DNA of 62,912 nt, filler included, from 3 parts of 3 records of this genome joined end to end with filler, not necessarily neighbours in it, one strand, 5' to 3'. Positions 20,382 to 29,745 are shown, counted from the whole stretch's first letter. Numbers and translations are program-made. Notes: generated by a model not told the origin, from the letters alone.

Positions 20382-21434
20382 TTATTCCTTTTCAGTATTT
20401 ACTATCCACTGAGCAATCTGTGATGTGATTATTGCAGGATTTGTTTGTATCATATTAAGATTTAGTATATTTACCCTTTTTGCATCTGGAATAAATGCCA
20501 CATCATATATCTCTTCTAGTGCATCATCATAAAAAACCTCTGCAACTTTTTCTTTTGTAGTTAGATCAACTATTACACAACCTGCGTACAATCTTTTTTT
20601 AGCGATTGGTAAATCACCAAAGGTATGTGATTTTCTTAGTTTACTCACCCCTACAAAAGCATAGTTTTTATAAAAGCTAAGACCTCTTATAAAACCATCT
20701 ATTTTTGTTATAAGTTCTTTTTCTCCACTTACTCTATCTACTTTTACCAGCTCTTCACTTGCTGATAAAAGAACATAAAGCTCACCTTTATATACTCTAG
20801 GTGAATGTGGCATAGGTAGATCTTCACAAAGGTATTTCTCCTCTTTTATATCATATAAGATACCTGTGGTAAGTTTATTGAGTCTCCAAGCACCAGGCTC
20901 AGTAGTTTTTGCAAAGGCTGTTACATATCTAAGCTCACTATTTTCATCTACACATACACCATTTAGGTGACAAGCATCACCACTAGTAAAGTTATCTATA
21001 AAAGGTGGAAACCAGATAGGTTCAAAAGAGTTTTGTCCTTCAACTGTTACCAAACAGCTATAAGAGGTATTTACCCCTATAAGTCCTCTTGTAGAAAAAG
21101 TGATATCATGTGTATCTATATAGCTAGTGATATTTGTAGCCGTTGGGTAGTATAAGCTATCATAGGTATTTTCTTTTTTTGGATAGGTTTTTGCCAACTC
21201 TTTAGAGTTTTTAAAGATAGTGATATTTGTACGCAGTGCCATAGCCATAAGATCACCATGAAAACTCACACCCATAGGTCGATCAAAATCTCGTACTAGC
21301 TGAGTAACTGTCCCATCTTTTGTCCCTAAAAATATCACTTTACCAGTTTGATAAGTTGTAAGCATTATACTTCCACCTAAAGCTTCTAATATCTTTGGAA
21401 ACTCTGGGCTAAATTTTGCACTAAATGGATTCAA
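20382..21434 (-). CDS. TIGR03032 / DUF4915 family protein (uncharacterised, probable beta-propeller)
   Basis: TTYQTGK, FDRPMG, IDTHD, VNTSYSCL, W.PPFI, DACHLNG, LPMPHSPR, GFIRGL, FVGVSKLR, EIYDV; TTG start after AAAAGGA. Confidence 0.85.
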   Translation of the reverse strand: MNPFSAKFSPEFPKILEALGGSIMLTTYQTGKVIFLGTKDGTVTQLVRDFDRPMGVSFHGDLMAMALRTNITIFKNSKELAKTYPKKENTYDSLYYPTATNITSYIDTHDITFSTRGLIGVNTSYSCLVTVEGQNSFEPIWFPPFIDNFTSGDACHLNGVCVDENSELRYVTAFAKTTEPGAWRLNKLTTGILYDIKEEKYLCEDLPMPHSPRVYKGELYVLLSASEELVKVDRVSGEKELITKIDGFIRGLSFYKNYAFVGVSKLRKSHTFGDLPIAKKRLYAGCVIVDLTTKEKVAEVFYDDALEEIYDVAFIPDAKRVNILNLNMIQTNPAIITSQIAQWIVNTEKE

Positions 21435-21501
21435 GCTTGTCCTTTTAATTTTTATATTATCAAAAAAAAGTTGCTAAATAGTTCTTTTTTGATAATTAAA
21501 A

Positions 21502-21527
21502 GCTTATGGAGATTAATCTCCATAAGC
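21502..21527 (-). terminator. Perfect palindrome at contig end, probable terminator of a gene upstream (off-contig)
   Basis: GCTTATGGAGA-TTAA-TCTCCATAAGC, followed by TTTT on the minus strand. Confidence 0.55.
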
Positions 21528-21627
21528 NNNNNNNNNNNNNNNNNNNNNNNNNNNNNNNNNNNNNNNNNNNNTTAATTAATTAANNNNNNNNNNNNNNNNN
21601 NNNNNNNNNNNNNNNNNNNNNNNNNNN
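21528..21627. other. Artificial contig-joining linker
   Basis: 44 N + TTAATTAATTAA (stops in all six frames) + 44 N. Confidence 0.98.
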
Positions 21628-22407
21628 GGTGAAGAGTATATGTTTTATATCTCTGCTATTCTTACTATTTTAATTCTTATTTTCTCAGAGATTATCCCTA
21701 AAACCATAGGGGCATATTATTGGAAACCATTGAGTGTCATTAGCTCTCGAATCATCCAAGGATTGGTTTTTATCACTTATCCTTTGGTTTATCTAATGAA
21801 TAAGATCACCACATATATAGCAAAAGATCAAAGCAATGAAAAAACCATCACAAAAGAGGAGCTTGAAGCAACTGTTTATATGGGTGAAGAGGCTGGGATA
21901 TTAAAAGAGAAAGACTCTTTGATCATTGAAAATATTCTGACCTTAAATGAGATACGTGTAAAAGATATTTATACTCCTAGAAAAGTGGTCTTTGCACTTG
22001 ATAAAAAGATACTACAACACTCTTTAACCAATCAAACACTAGATGAACTAGATACTCAAAAATTAAAAGAGTATTCAAGAGTTCCAATCTATGATGAACA
22101 TATCGACAATATTGTGGGAATTATTCTCTCAAAAGAGCTTTTTTACCAATATATCAGTACCCATGATAGCGATGCAAACACTCTTATCAAACCAGTCTAT
22201 AAGATCAATGAAAATATTCCAGTATCAAAGCTTATTGATCTTTTTATCGCTAAAAAAGAGCATATGTTTATCGTAGTGGATAAATATGATCAAACTGAAG
22301 GGATAGTAACTTTAGAAGATGCTATTGAAACTCTCTTAGGAACTGAGATAGTTGATGAACTGGATCAAATCATCGATATGAGAGCGCTAGCAAAGCAAAA
22401 ACTTTAA
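21628..22407 (+). CDS. CNNM/DUF21 + CBS-pair protein (CorB/TlyC-like), 5' truncated by the contig edge
   Basis: SEIIPKTIG, V.DIYTPR, YSRVPIY, EGIVTLEDAIETLLG.EI.DE.D; frame open to the contig edge. Confidence 0.88.
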   Translation, partial: GEEYMFYISAILTILILIFSEIIPKTIGAYYWKPLSVISSRIIQGLVFITYPLVYLMNKITTYIAKDQSNEKTITKEELEATVYMGEEAGILKEKDSLIIENILTLNEIRVKDIYTPRKVVFALDKKILQHSLTNQTLDELDTQKLKEYSRVPIYDEHIDNIVGIILSKELFYQYISTHDSDANTLIKPVYKINENIPVSKLIDLFIAKKEHMFIVVDKYDQTEGIVTLEDAIETLLGTEIVDELDQIIDMRALAKQKL

Positions 22408-22413
22408 AAGTTT

Positions 22414-23763
22414 TTACTTTGACAATAAAGCATTCTGTGCTGCTTTTACGATTGGATATGTTGTAGGAGCTGCAGTGAGTAGTGGCTGAGTCGCTACTTG
22501 AAGTGAGATAATATTATGTACTGTCAGTTCAGCTTCAATAGCTAAACCAATAATATTAATGATCTCACCAGCCTCTTTTGCACCAACTACCTGTCCTCCA
22601 ATGATCTGTCCACTATGTTTCATAGCGATCAATTTTACCGATTGTTTAGAAGCATCAGGGATCGTTCCTGGATGTCTATTCATCCCCTCAAAATACCCTG
22701 TAACATACTCTATATTTTCATCTTTTACTCGCTGTTCAGTTACCCCTGCACTAGCAAAAGCATATTTTCCTATCATTGTTGAAAATATTGCTATAGTTCC
22801 ATTAAACCCTTTTAGGTTTTTGATACTATATAAAGAGCTTCCTGCCACTCTCGCTTCTGCAGCTGAAGTGGAAGCTAGCATCACTTTTGATGGATCTCTT
22901 GTGATAAAATCTCTTCTTCCACTACAATCACCTATAGCAAAGATATCTTTATTTTTTGTTCTCATATACTCATCAACCCAGATACCACCATATCGTGCTA
23001 ACTTTAATCCCGCTTGATCTGCTAAAGTAGTATTTGGTTTATATCCTGTTGCTAGAATGATCACATCAGCTTCGATTCTTGTTTCATCGCAAAGTTCAAG
23101 TGCAATGGCTTTCCCATTCTCTTCAATCACCCCTTTAGCATGTTGTCCAAGAGCTAGAGTGATCCCTTTTTCTTTCATGATCTCTTCAGCTTTTATAGCC
23201 ATATCTACATCAAAAGAGTTTGCTAAGATATGTCGACCACCTATGATCGTGACCTCTTTTCCACTCTCTCTTAATTGCTCTGCTAATTCCACTCCAATAA
23301 AACCTGTTCCAACTACTATAACTCTTTTTTTATCTTTTGTATACTCATGAAGTTTAGCTACTCCATCATAGGTCTTTTCAACTGTAAAAACATTTTCAAG
23401 TTCAAGTGAGTCTTCAAAGCTTTTATGTACAAATGGGATCGACCCAGTTGCAAAAATAAGTTTTTCAAAACCTATTGTATGTTCATTTGCAATCGCTTTT
23501 TTGTTTTCTATATCAACACTTTGAACCTGATCTACTATTTTTGTGATATTTGGAACATCTCCACCACATGGCATAGCATTTTTTTCCACGTCCCCTAAAG
23601 TATTTCCAAATACATATGGAATACCACAAGGAACCTGCCCTTTTTCATACTCTTTTACTACTGTGATTGTTTTATCAGGATAGTTTTCATGAGCAGTAGC
23701 AGCGGCAACTAAGCCTGCTGGTCCTGCACCTATAATTAAAATATCTGTTTGTATTGTATTCAT
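22414..23763 (-). CDS. FAD-dependent pyridine nucleotide-disulfide oxidoreductase (NADH oxidase / CoA-disulfide reductase family)
   Basis: IIGAGPAG, redox-Cys motif PCGIPY, ATGS, GTGFIGVE, IFAIGDC, C-terminal dimerisation domain. Confidence 0.88.
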   Translation of the reverse strand: MNTIQTDILIIGAGPAGLVAAATAHENYPDKTITVVKEYEKGQVPCGIPYVFGNTLGDVEKNAMPCGGDVPNITKIVDQVQSVDIENKKAIANEHTIGFEKLIFATGSIPFVHKSFEDSLELENVFTVEKTYDGVAKLHEYTKDKKRVIVVGTGFIGVELAEQLRESGKEVTIIGGRHILANSFDVDMAIKAEEIMKEKGITLALGQHAKGVIEENGKAIALELCDETRIEADVIILATGYKPNTTLADQAGLKLARYGGIWVDEYMRTKNKDIFAIGDCSGRRDFITRDPSKVMLASTSAAEARVAGSSLYSIKNLKGFNGTIAIFSTMIGKYAFASAGVTEQRVKDENIEYVTGYFEGMNRHPGTIPDASKQSVKLIAMKHSGQIIGGQVVGAKEAGEIINIIGLAIEAELTVHNIISLQVATQPLLTAAPTTYPIVKAAQNALLSK

Positions 23764-23772
23764 TTTTCCTCT

Positions 23773-24768
23773 TTATATTCTATAAGAATTTAATGCATTC
23801 ATATATGAACTTCTCTCAAATGCCGCTGGATTTACAGTATGATCTAAAGAGATACTCCCTTTCATTTGAGCAATTGACTCATACTCTTTTTCTTCCATCC
23901 ATGAGATTATACTATCTAAAATATTAATGATCTCTCGCTCCCCTCTTTGTAATAAAACTGAAGCAATTGCCACTGCATCCGCACCACTCATAATCGCTTT
24001 TAATACATCTTCACCGTTATGAATTCCACTATTTGCACAAAGTGATGCTTGGAATTTTTTATAAAGAATTGCACACCATCGTAATGATTCACTTAAATCT
24101 TTTGAACTTGTGATATTTGCTCTTTGAATAGAGCTTAACTCTTCAAGATCAATATCTACTCTTACAGGATTATCAAATAAAGTTAAACCATTAGCACCAG
24201 CATCTATAAACTGTTTTGCCATATTTGCAGGGTTAGAAAAATAAGCATTCATCTTTACATTAAGAGGGATAGAAATATGCTCTTTTACTGTTTTAATTGT
24301 ATCCACATACATCTTCTCAACCTCTGCTCCACTCATATCAAGTGAAGTTGGAATATACGTAATATTAAGCTCTAACGCATCTGCCCCAGCTCCTTGAAGC
24401 TTCCCTGCATATTTTGCCCATCCACCAGCTGAGACACCATTAAGACTAGCAATAATAGGAATGTCCACTGCTCTTTTAATATCCTCTATCTCTTTTAAAT
24501 AATGATCTGCTTCAATATTATCAAACTCTAAATCATCTTGAAAATATTCTGTTGCTTCTGCATAAGAGTCATTATTTGCATATAAAAAATGATCCAGTTC
24601 ATGCACTTCATGATTGATCTGTTCTTCAAATAATGAATGCATTACAACTGCTGCTATTCCATTATCTTCTAATCTTTTAATACTATCAAGTTTTGCTGTT
24701 AATGGTGAAGCACTTGCTATTAGTGGGTTTTTAAGCTCAAGCCCAAGAAATTCTGATGTTAGATTCAT
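23773..24768 (-). CDS. Dihydroorotate dehydrogenase-like FMN protein (nifJ-associated type)
   Basis: GLELKNPLIAS, SLFEEQI, IPIIASLNG, GADALELN, SGIH.GED; lacks the catalytic SCP motif. Confidence 0.85.
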   Translation of the reverse strand: MNLTSEFLGLELKNPLIASASPLTAKLDSIKRLEDNGIAAVVMHSLFEEQINHEVHELDHFLYANNDSYAEATEYFQDDLEFDNIEADHYLKEIEDIKRAVDIPIIASLNGVSAGGWAKYAGKLQGAGADALELNITYIPTSLDMSGAEVEKMYVDTIKTVKEHISIPLNVKMNAYFSNPANMAKQFIDAGANGLTLFDNPVRVDIDLEELSSIQRANITSSKDLSESLRWCAILYKKFQASLCANSGIHNGEDVLKAIMSGADAVAIASVLLQRGEREIINILDSIISWMEEKEYESIAQMKGSISLDHTVNPAAFERSSYMNALNSYRI

Positions 24769-24770
24769 AA

Positions 24771-27700
24771 CTATTCTCCTTGCGTTTCATATTGTTTTTG
24801 TAGGTTTGTATATCTATGATATAAGTTGTTAGCGGTATACGTAGCAGTTTGTAAAAACTCTTCTGCTGAATCTTTATCCATCTTTTCAACCATCTTAAAT
24901 CTAGTCTCTTTATACATAAAATCTTTAACAGGGATTTTTGGACCTTTATAATCTAAAATAAGTGGATTTTGCCCCTCATCTTTTAGATCTGGATTAAATC
25001 TAAAGATTGGCCATAGTCCGCTATCTACTGCTCTTTTTTGCTGTTCCATCCCATATCTAAGATCATACCCATGAGCCACACAGTGTGAATAGGCGATAAT
25101 AATTGATGGTCCATCATATTGTTCTGCTTCAATAAATGCTTTTGTAGTCGCTTTATCATTGGCTCCAAGACTTACTTTTGCCACATAAACATTTTCATAA
25201 TTTATTGCCATTGCAGCTAAGTCTTTTGGCATCCCTGGTTTTCCACCTGCTGCAAATTTTGCAACAGCTCCAGTCATAGTCGCTTTACTTTGCTGACCAC
25301 CTGTATTTGAATACACTTGTGTATCCATTACAAGGATATTGACATTTTTTCCACTTGCTAAAACATGATCAAGCCCACCATATCCAATATCATAGGCCCA
25401 TCCATCTCCACCCATGATCCACACAGATTTTTTTACTAGATAATCAGCTACCTCTTCAAGATCCCGTGCTTCAACTGAATCTATATTTTTAAGAGCCTCT
25501 TTTAACTTCACTACTCTTTGTCGTTGTGCTTCTATTTGGAACTCATTTTTTTGTACAGCTGTTAAAAGATCTTCTACTAATTCGGCATCTAAGTTTTCTT
25601 TTAATTCAGTTAAAAGATGCTCAGCTCTATCTTTTGTAGAATCAACTGCTAGTCTAAATCCAAGTCCAAACTCTGCATTATCTTCAAAAAGTGAATTATT
25701 CCAAGTAGTTCCACGACCATTTGAGTCTTTTTTCCATGGAGTTGTTGGTAAGTTACCACCATAAATAGAACTACATCCTGTAGCATTTGCTACCATCATT
25801 CTATCTCCAAAAAGTTGAGAAGTGAGTTTTACATATGGAGTCTCTCCACACCCTGGACACGCTCCACTAAACTCAAACAATGGTTCTAAAAATTGAGACT
25901 CTTTCATATTTGAATGATCTAAGATAGATCTATCAACATTTGGTAACTCCATAAAGTAATCCCACTGTTTGATCCCCTCTTCTTTAATTGGAAGTTGTGG
26001 CACCATATTGATCGCTTTTAGATTTGTTTGAGATTTGTTTTTAGCTGGACACACTTCCACACAAAGTGCACACCCTGTACAATCTTCCACAGCAACTGAG
26101 ATATTAAACACATCATTCTCTCCAAACATCTTCCCTTTTGCTTTTTTATATGCAAAGTTTTCTGGAGCATTGTCTAAAAGTGATACATCACACACTTTTG
26201 ATCTAATCACAGAGTGTGGACAAACAGAGACACATTTATTACATTGAATACACACATTGCTATCCCATTGTGGAACCTCTTGGGCGATATTTCTTTTCTC
26301 ATATTGCGTAGTTCCAATTGGCCATGTCCCATCACTAGGGATCTTTGAAACTGGTACATCATCCCCTTTATACTCCGTAATCTTTTTAATAACCTCTTCA
26401 GTGAAGATATCGATATCACCTTTTAGTGCTGGTTGGAGCTCTTTTGTTGAAGTAACGTTTGATGGAACTTCTACTTCATAAAGATGCTCCAATGTATTAT
26501 CCACTGCATCAAAGTTCATCTGAACTATAAGATCACCTTTTTTTCCATAAGTCTTTTTAATAGAGCCTTTGATCTTCTCTATCGCTTCATCTTTTGCTAA
26601 GATCCCACTAATAGCAAAAAAACATGTTTGCATAATAGTATTGATCCGTGCACCCATCTTACTTTGTCTTGCCACACTATACGCATCTATTGCATAGAAT
26701 TTTAGTTTTTTATTGATGATTTGCTCTTGTGTGACTCTTGGTAAATTATCCCATACTTTTTCTTTTTCATATGGAGTATTGAGTAAAAATACAGCGCCCT
26801 CTTTTGCTATATCTAAAAGATCAAGCTTATCTAAAAATACTGCTTGATGCACTCCTACAAAATCAGCTTTTTGGATAAGATAACTAGCATGTATTGGATT
26901 TGGTCCAAATCGTAAATGAGAAGTGGTCATAGAACCAGATTTTTTCGAATCATATACAAAATACCCTTGGGCATAATTCTCTGTTTCACTTCCAATGATC
27001 TTGATACTGTTTTTATTCGCTCCTACAGTTCCATCTGATCCAAGACCATAAAATACTGCTTCAAATTCACCCTCTTTTTCTAAGATATAGTTTTTGTCAT
27101 ACTCCAATGAAGTATGACTTACATCATCATTGATCCCTATTGTAAAGTGATTTTTAGGAAGATCTTTTTCAAGCTCACTATATATTGCATTGATCATAGT
27201 TGGAGTAAACTCTTTTGAAGAAATACCATATCTTCCTCCTATAATCTTTGGCATAGCAAAAGGTAAATTTGTTTGATTTTCAAAAAGTACACTTACCACA
27301 TCATGATACAGAGGTTCTCCTACACTTCCAGGCTCTTTTGTTCTATCTAGAACAGCAAGAGATTGTACTGTTTTTGGAAGTGCTTCAATAAACTCAGTAG
27401 CTCCAAAAGGAAGAGCAAGTCTTACTTTAAGCATCCCTACTTTTTCACCTTGTTTTACAAGATACTCTACACTCTCTTCAACTGCTTCAGCTCCACTTCC
27501 CATTAAGATGATCACTTTAGTAGCATCCTGTGCTCCAATATAATCAAAAAGTTTATACTCACGTCCAGTTAACTTTGCAAACTTATCCATTTGTTCTTGA
27601 AGGATAGAAGGAACTGCTTTATAATAGTTATTAACTGTTTCTCTTCCTTGGAAATATACATCTGGATTCTGTGAAGTTCCCCGAAGAACTGGACGATCAG

Positions 27701-28337
27701 GAGTCATTGCTCTATTTTTATGTGCATGAACAAGTTCCATATCTATCATAACTTTTAATGTTTCTTCGTCAATAGCTTCGATTTTACTCACCTCATGAGA
27801 AGTTCTAAACCCATCAAAAAAATGTAAAAATGGAATTCTTGAAGCTAGAGTAGCTGCTTGTGAAATAAGTGCAAAATCATGAGCCTCTTGCACTGAATTT
27901 GAGGCAAGCAATGCAAACCCTGTTTGTCTCACTCCCATCACATCTTGATGGTCTCCAAAAATAGAAAGACCTTGTGCTGCTAAAGATCTAGCTGCTACAT
28001 GAAATACTGTAGGAGTAAGTTCTCCTGCTATTTTATACATGTTTGGGATCATTAATAATAACCCTTGAGAAGCAGTAAAAGTAGTAGTTAAACTTCCAGC
28101 TTGAAGTGCCCCATGAACTGCTCCACTTGCACCCCCTTCACTTTGCATCTCATAAACTTCTGGGATGGTTCCAAAAATATTTTTTTGATGCTTTGAGCTA
28201 TAAAGATCACTTAACTCCCCCATTGGAGAAGATGGTGTAATTGGATAGATCGCTATCACCTCATTAATTTTATGAGCAACTAATGCAACTGCTTCATTTC
28301 CATCAACTGTAATAAACTGTTTATTTTGTTGTAACAT
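24771..28337 (-). CDS. nifJ: Pyruvate:ferredoxin/flavodoxin oxidoreductase (single-chain)
   Basis: YPITPSS, MQSEGGA, GLGSDGTVGANKN, two 4Fe-4S motifs (CIQCNKC..CP; CTGCALC..CP), GACPGCGE, GGDGWAYDIG. Confidence 0.97.
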   Translation of the reverse strand: MLQQNKQFITVDGNEAVALVAHKINEVIAIYPITPSSPMGELSDLYSSKHQKNIFGTIPEVYEMQSEGGASGAVHGALQAGSLTTTFTASQGLLLMIPNMYKIAGELTPTVFHVAARSLAAQGLSIFGDHQDVMGVRQTGFALLASNSVQEAHDFALISQAATLASRIPFLHFFDGFRTSHEVSKIEAIDEETLKVMIDMELVHAHKNRAMTPDRPVLRGTSQNPDVYFQGRETVNNYYKAVPSILQEQMDKFAKLTGREYKLFDYIGAQDATKVIILMGSGAEAVEESVEYLVKQGEKVGMLKVRLALPFGATEFIEALPKTVQSLAVLDRTKEPGSVGEPLYHDVVSVLFENQTNLPFAMPKIIGGRYGISSKEFTPTMINAIYSELEKDLPKNHFTIGINDDVSHTSLEYDKNYILEKEGEFEAVFYGLGSDGTVGANKNSIKIIGSETENYAQGYFVYDSKKSGSMTTSHLRFGPNPIHASYLIQKADFVGVHQAVFLDKLDLLDIAKEGAVFLLNTPYEKEKVWDNLPRVTQEQIINKKLKFYAIDAYSVARQSKMGARINTIMQTCFFAISGILAKDEAIEKIKGSIKKTYGKKGDLIVQMNFDAVDNTLEHLYEVEVPSNVTSTKELQPALKGDIDIFTEEVIKKITEYKGDDVPVSKIPSDGTWPIGTTQYEKRNIAQEVPQWDSNVCIQCNKCVSVCPHSVIRSKVCDVSLLDNAPENFAYKKAKGKMFGENDVFNISVAVEDCTGCALCVEVCPAKNKSQTNLKAINMVPQLPIKEEGIKQWDYFMELPNVDRSILDHSNMKESQFLEPLFEFSGACPGCGETPYVKLTSQLFGDRMMVANATGCSSIYGGNLPTTPWKKDSNGRGTTWNNSLFEDNAEFGLGFRLAVDSTKDRAEHLLTELKENLDAELVEDLLTAVQKNEFQIEAQRQRVVKLKEALKNIDSVEARDLEEVADYLVKKSVWIMGGDGWAYDIGYGGLDHVLASGKNVNILVMDTQVYSNTGGQQSKATMTGAVAKFAAGGKPGMPKDLAAMAINYENVYVAKVSLGANDKATTKAFIEAEQYDGPSIIIAYSHCVAHGYDLRYGMEQQKRAVDSGLWPIFRFNPDLKDEGQNPLILDYKGPKIPVKDFMYKETRFKMVEKMDKDSAEEFLQTATYTANNLYHRYTNLQKQYETQGE

Positions 28338-28441
28338 AGAGATTCCTTGTATAAGATAACTTCGATAGTAGTTAAGACTGATAGTAACAAATAAAAGTTA
28401 CAATAAAGCAACAAAGTTACTTTAATAACTATTTATAATCA

Positions 28442-29086
28442 CTATTTATTTGTTGTGCATGTAAATGTATAATCCACACTCATGGTATATTTCAATTTTT
28501 CTTTAATTGGAAGTGTTACTTTAGACTTTGCCATTTCAGCAGAGCGTAACATAAAAGGGGTGATATTACCACCTCTATTTGAAAAGGAGATCTTAGAGAC
28601 TACACACTCTTTATCTTTTAAACTCTCTTGTAAAAAAAGAACATAATCACTTGGAAAAGCCAATGCCATTTTTTCTAAGCTATTTTGAGATTCTTCTAAA
28701 ATATTTTCACTACTTGAAGCTTGAATTCTTCTTTGTGAAAGTTTTCCATCGATAGTTTTTACCTCATCTAGTAGTTTTTCATATCTTTTCTCATCTGAAA
28801 ACTGACAATTAAAATTGATATATCCAATATAGGTCTTTTTTTTATAATGGGGATTAATGTTATACTCACCCCCTTTACAGATAGGATACTCTTTGACTAT
28901 CTCTATAAGCTTTTGAAAACTACTCTCTATAGTTTTTTGATCATACTCTTCAAGATTGATAGAAAACCCACTTTTATAGAGGTTTGGTTCAATATCTAGT
29001 TGAAACTCTTTTTGCTTTTGAATAATAAGTTCTTGTGAAAACATCATAGAACTACTAAAAATAAGTGACCATACTAGTTTTTTCAT
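28442..29086 (-). CDS. Exported hypothetical protein, possibly SIMPL/DUF541-like
   Basis: Signal peptide, AAGGAG RBS, four Cys; family resemblance is weak. Confidence 0.6.
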   Translation of the reverse strand: MKKLVWSLIFSSSMMFSQELIIQKQKEFQLDIEPNLYKSGFSINLEEYDQKTIESSFQKLIEIVKEYPICKGGEYNINPHYKKKTYIGYINFNCQFSDEKRYEKLLDEVKTIDGKLSQRRIQASSSENILEESQNSLEKMALAFPSDYVLFLQESLKDKECVVSKISFSNRGGNITPFMLRSAEMAKSKVTLPIKEKLKYTMSVDYTFTCTTNK

Positions 29087-29347
29087 TGTTTCTCCTTTAA
29101 AATGGTATATTTTATCCTGTCATTTTTGAATACTATTTTTAAAAAAATACAAAAATGTATACTTTTTATACTATTCTTCTCTTGTTTTCAAGATCCATTT
29201 ATTATACACTTTTACAAAGGGATAAACAATAGAACTAATCTCAATCATCAACTCCTAAAATGATAGAACAATGCTAACTAAACTCACTATTGTTTATCTC
29301 CCTTTCATTCATAATAAATCCCTTATACAAAAGAGTTATACAAACAC

Positions 29348-29376
29348 TTGACAAATAGTATATTTTTATGTATAAT
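29348..29376 (+). promoter_or_regulatory. Consensus sigma70 promoter
   Basis: TTGACA-17 nt-TATAAT exact match. Confidence 0.75.
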
Positions 29377-29407
29377 AGTAATAATTTATAGATAAAAGGA
29401 GTAAATT

Positions 29408-29533
29408 ATGAGTATTTACAAAATTAAATATTTAGGTAACAATTTAGTTACACATGCAAGCTCATTTAAACTGTATCTTTTTTCATCACTTACAGTTTTT
29501 TTCTTTGCATATTTTTCAAGTAAGGTATTTTAA
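29408..29533 (+). CDS. Unannotated 41-aa protein with hydrophobic C-terminal half
   Basis: AAAAGGAG RBS 6 nt before ATG; MSIYKIKYLGNNLVTHASSFKLYLFSSLTVFFFAYFSSKVF; directly downstream of the consensus promoter. Confidence 0.55.
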   Translation: MSIYKIKYLGNNLVTHASSFKLYLFSSLTVFFFAYFSSKVF

Positions 29534-29745
29534 GAGTCTCTTTTCTTAAGATACGCTTTCTCTTCTTTACATTCAGGGCATCCTCCAATATCTTCTGTAG
29601 CACCACATTTTGTACATCTCACTTCAGATTCTTCATCTTTAAAAGTTTTAAATCTACCAAACTTTTTCATTGCAGGATTTTCCTCTATAAGTTCATCTCT
29701 TCGTGCAAAGATTTTATCCCACTCTTTTAGCTCTTTTTTATCCAT
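29530..29745 (-). CDS. Small charged protein with a C4 zinc-ribbon motif
   Basis: CTKC-x8-CPEC; AAGGA RBS. Confidence 0.65.
   Translation of the reverse strand: MDKKELKEWDKIFARRDELIEENPAMKKFGRFKTFKDEESEVRCTKCGATEDIGGCPECKEEKAYLKKRDS

Noticed and set aside
21572-21583. TTAATTAATTAA palindrome (also at 31780-31791) as a biological repeat or att site
   Set aside because: Embedded in symmetric N runs; an assembly spacer with stops in all six frames
23773-24768. Calling this gene pyrD
   Set aside because: Catalytic Cys/Ser loop absent and context is nifJ, not pyrimidine synthesis
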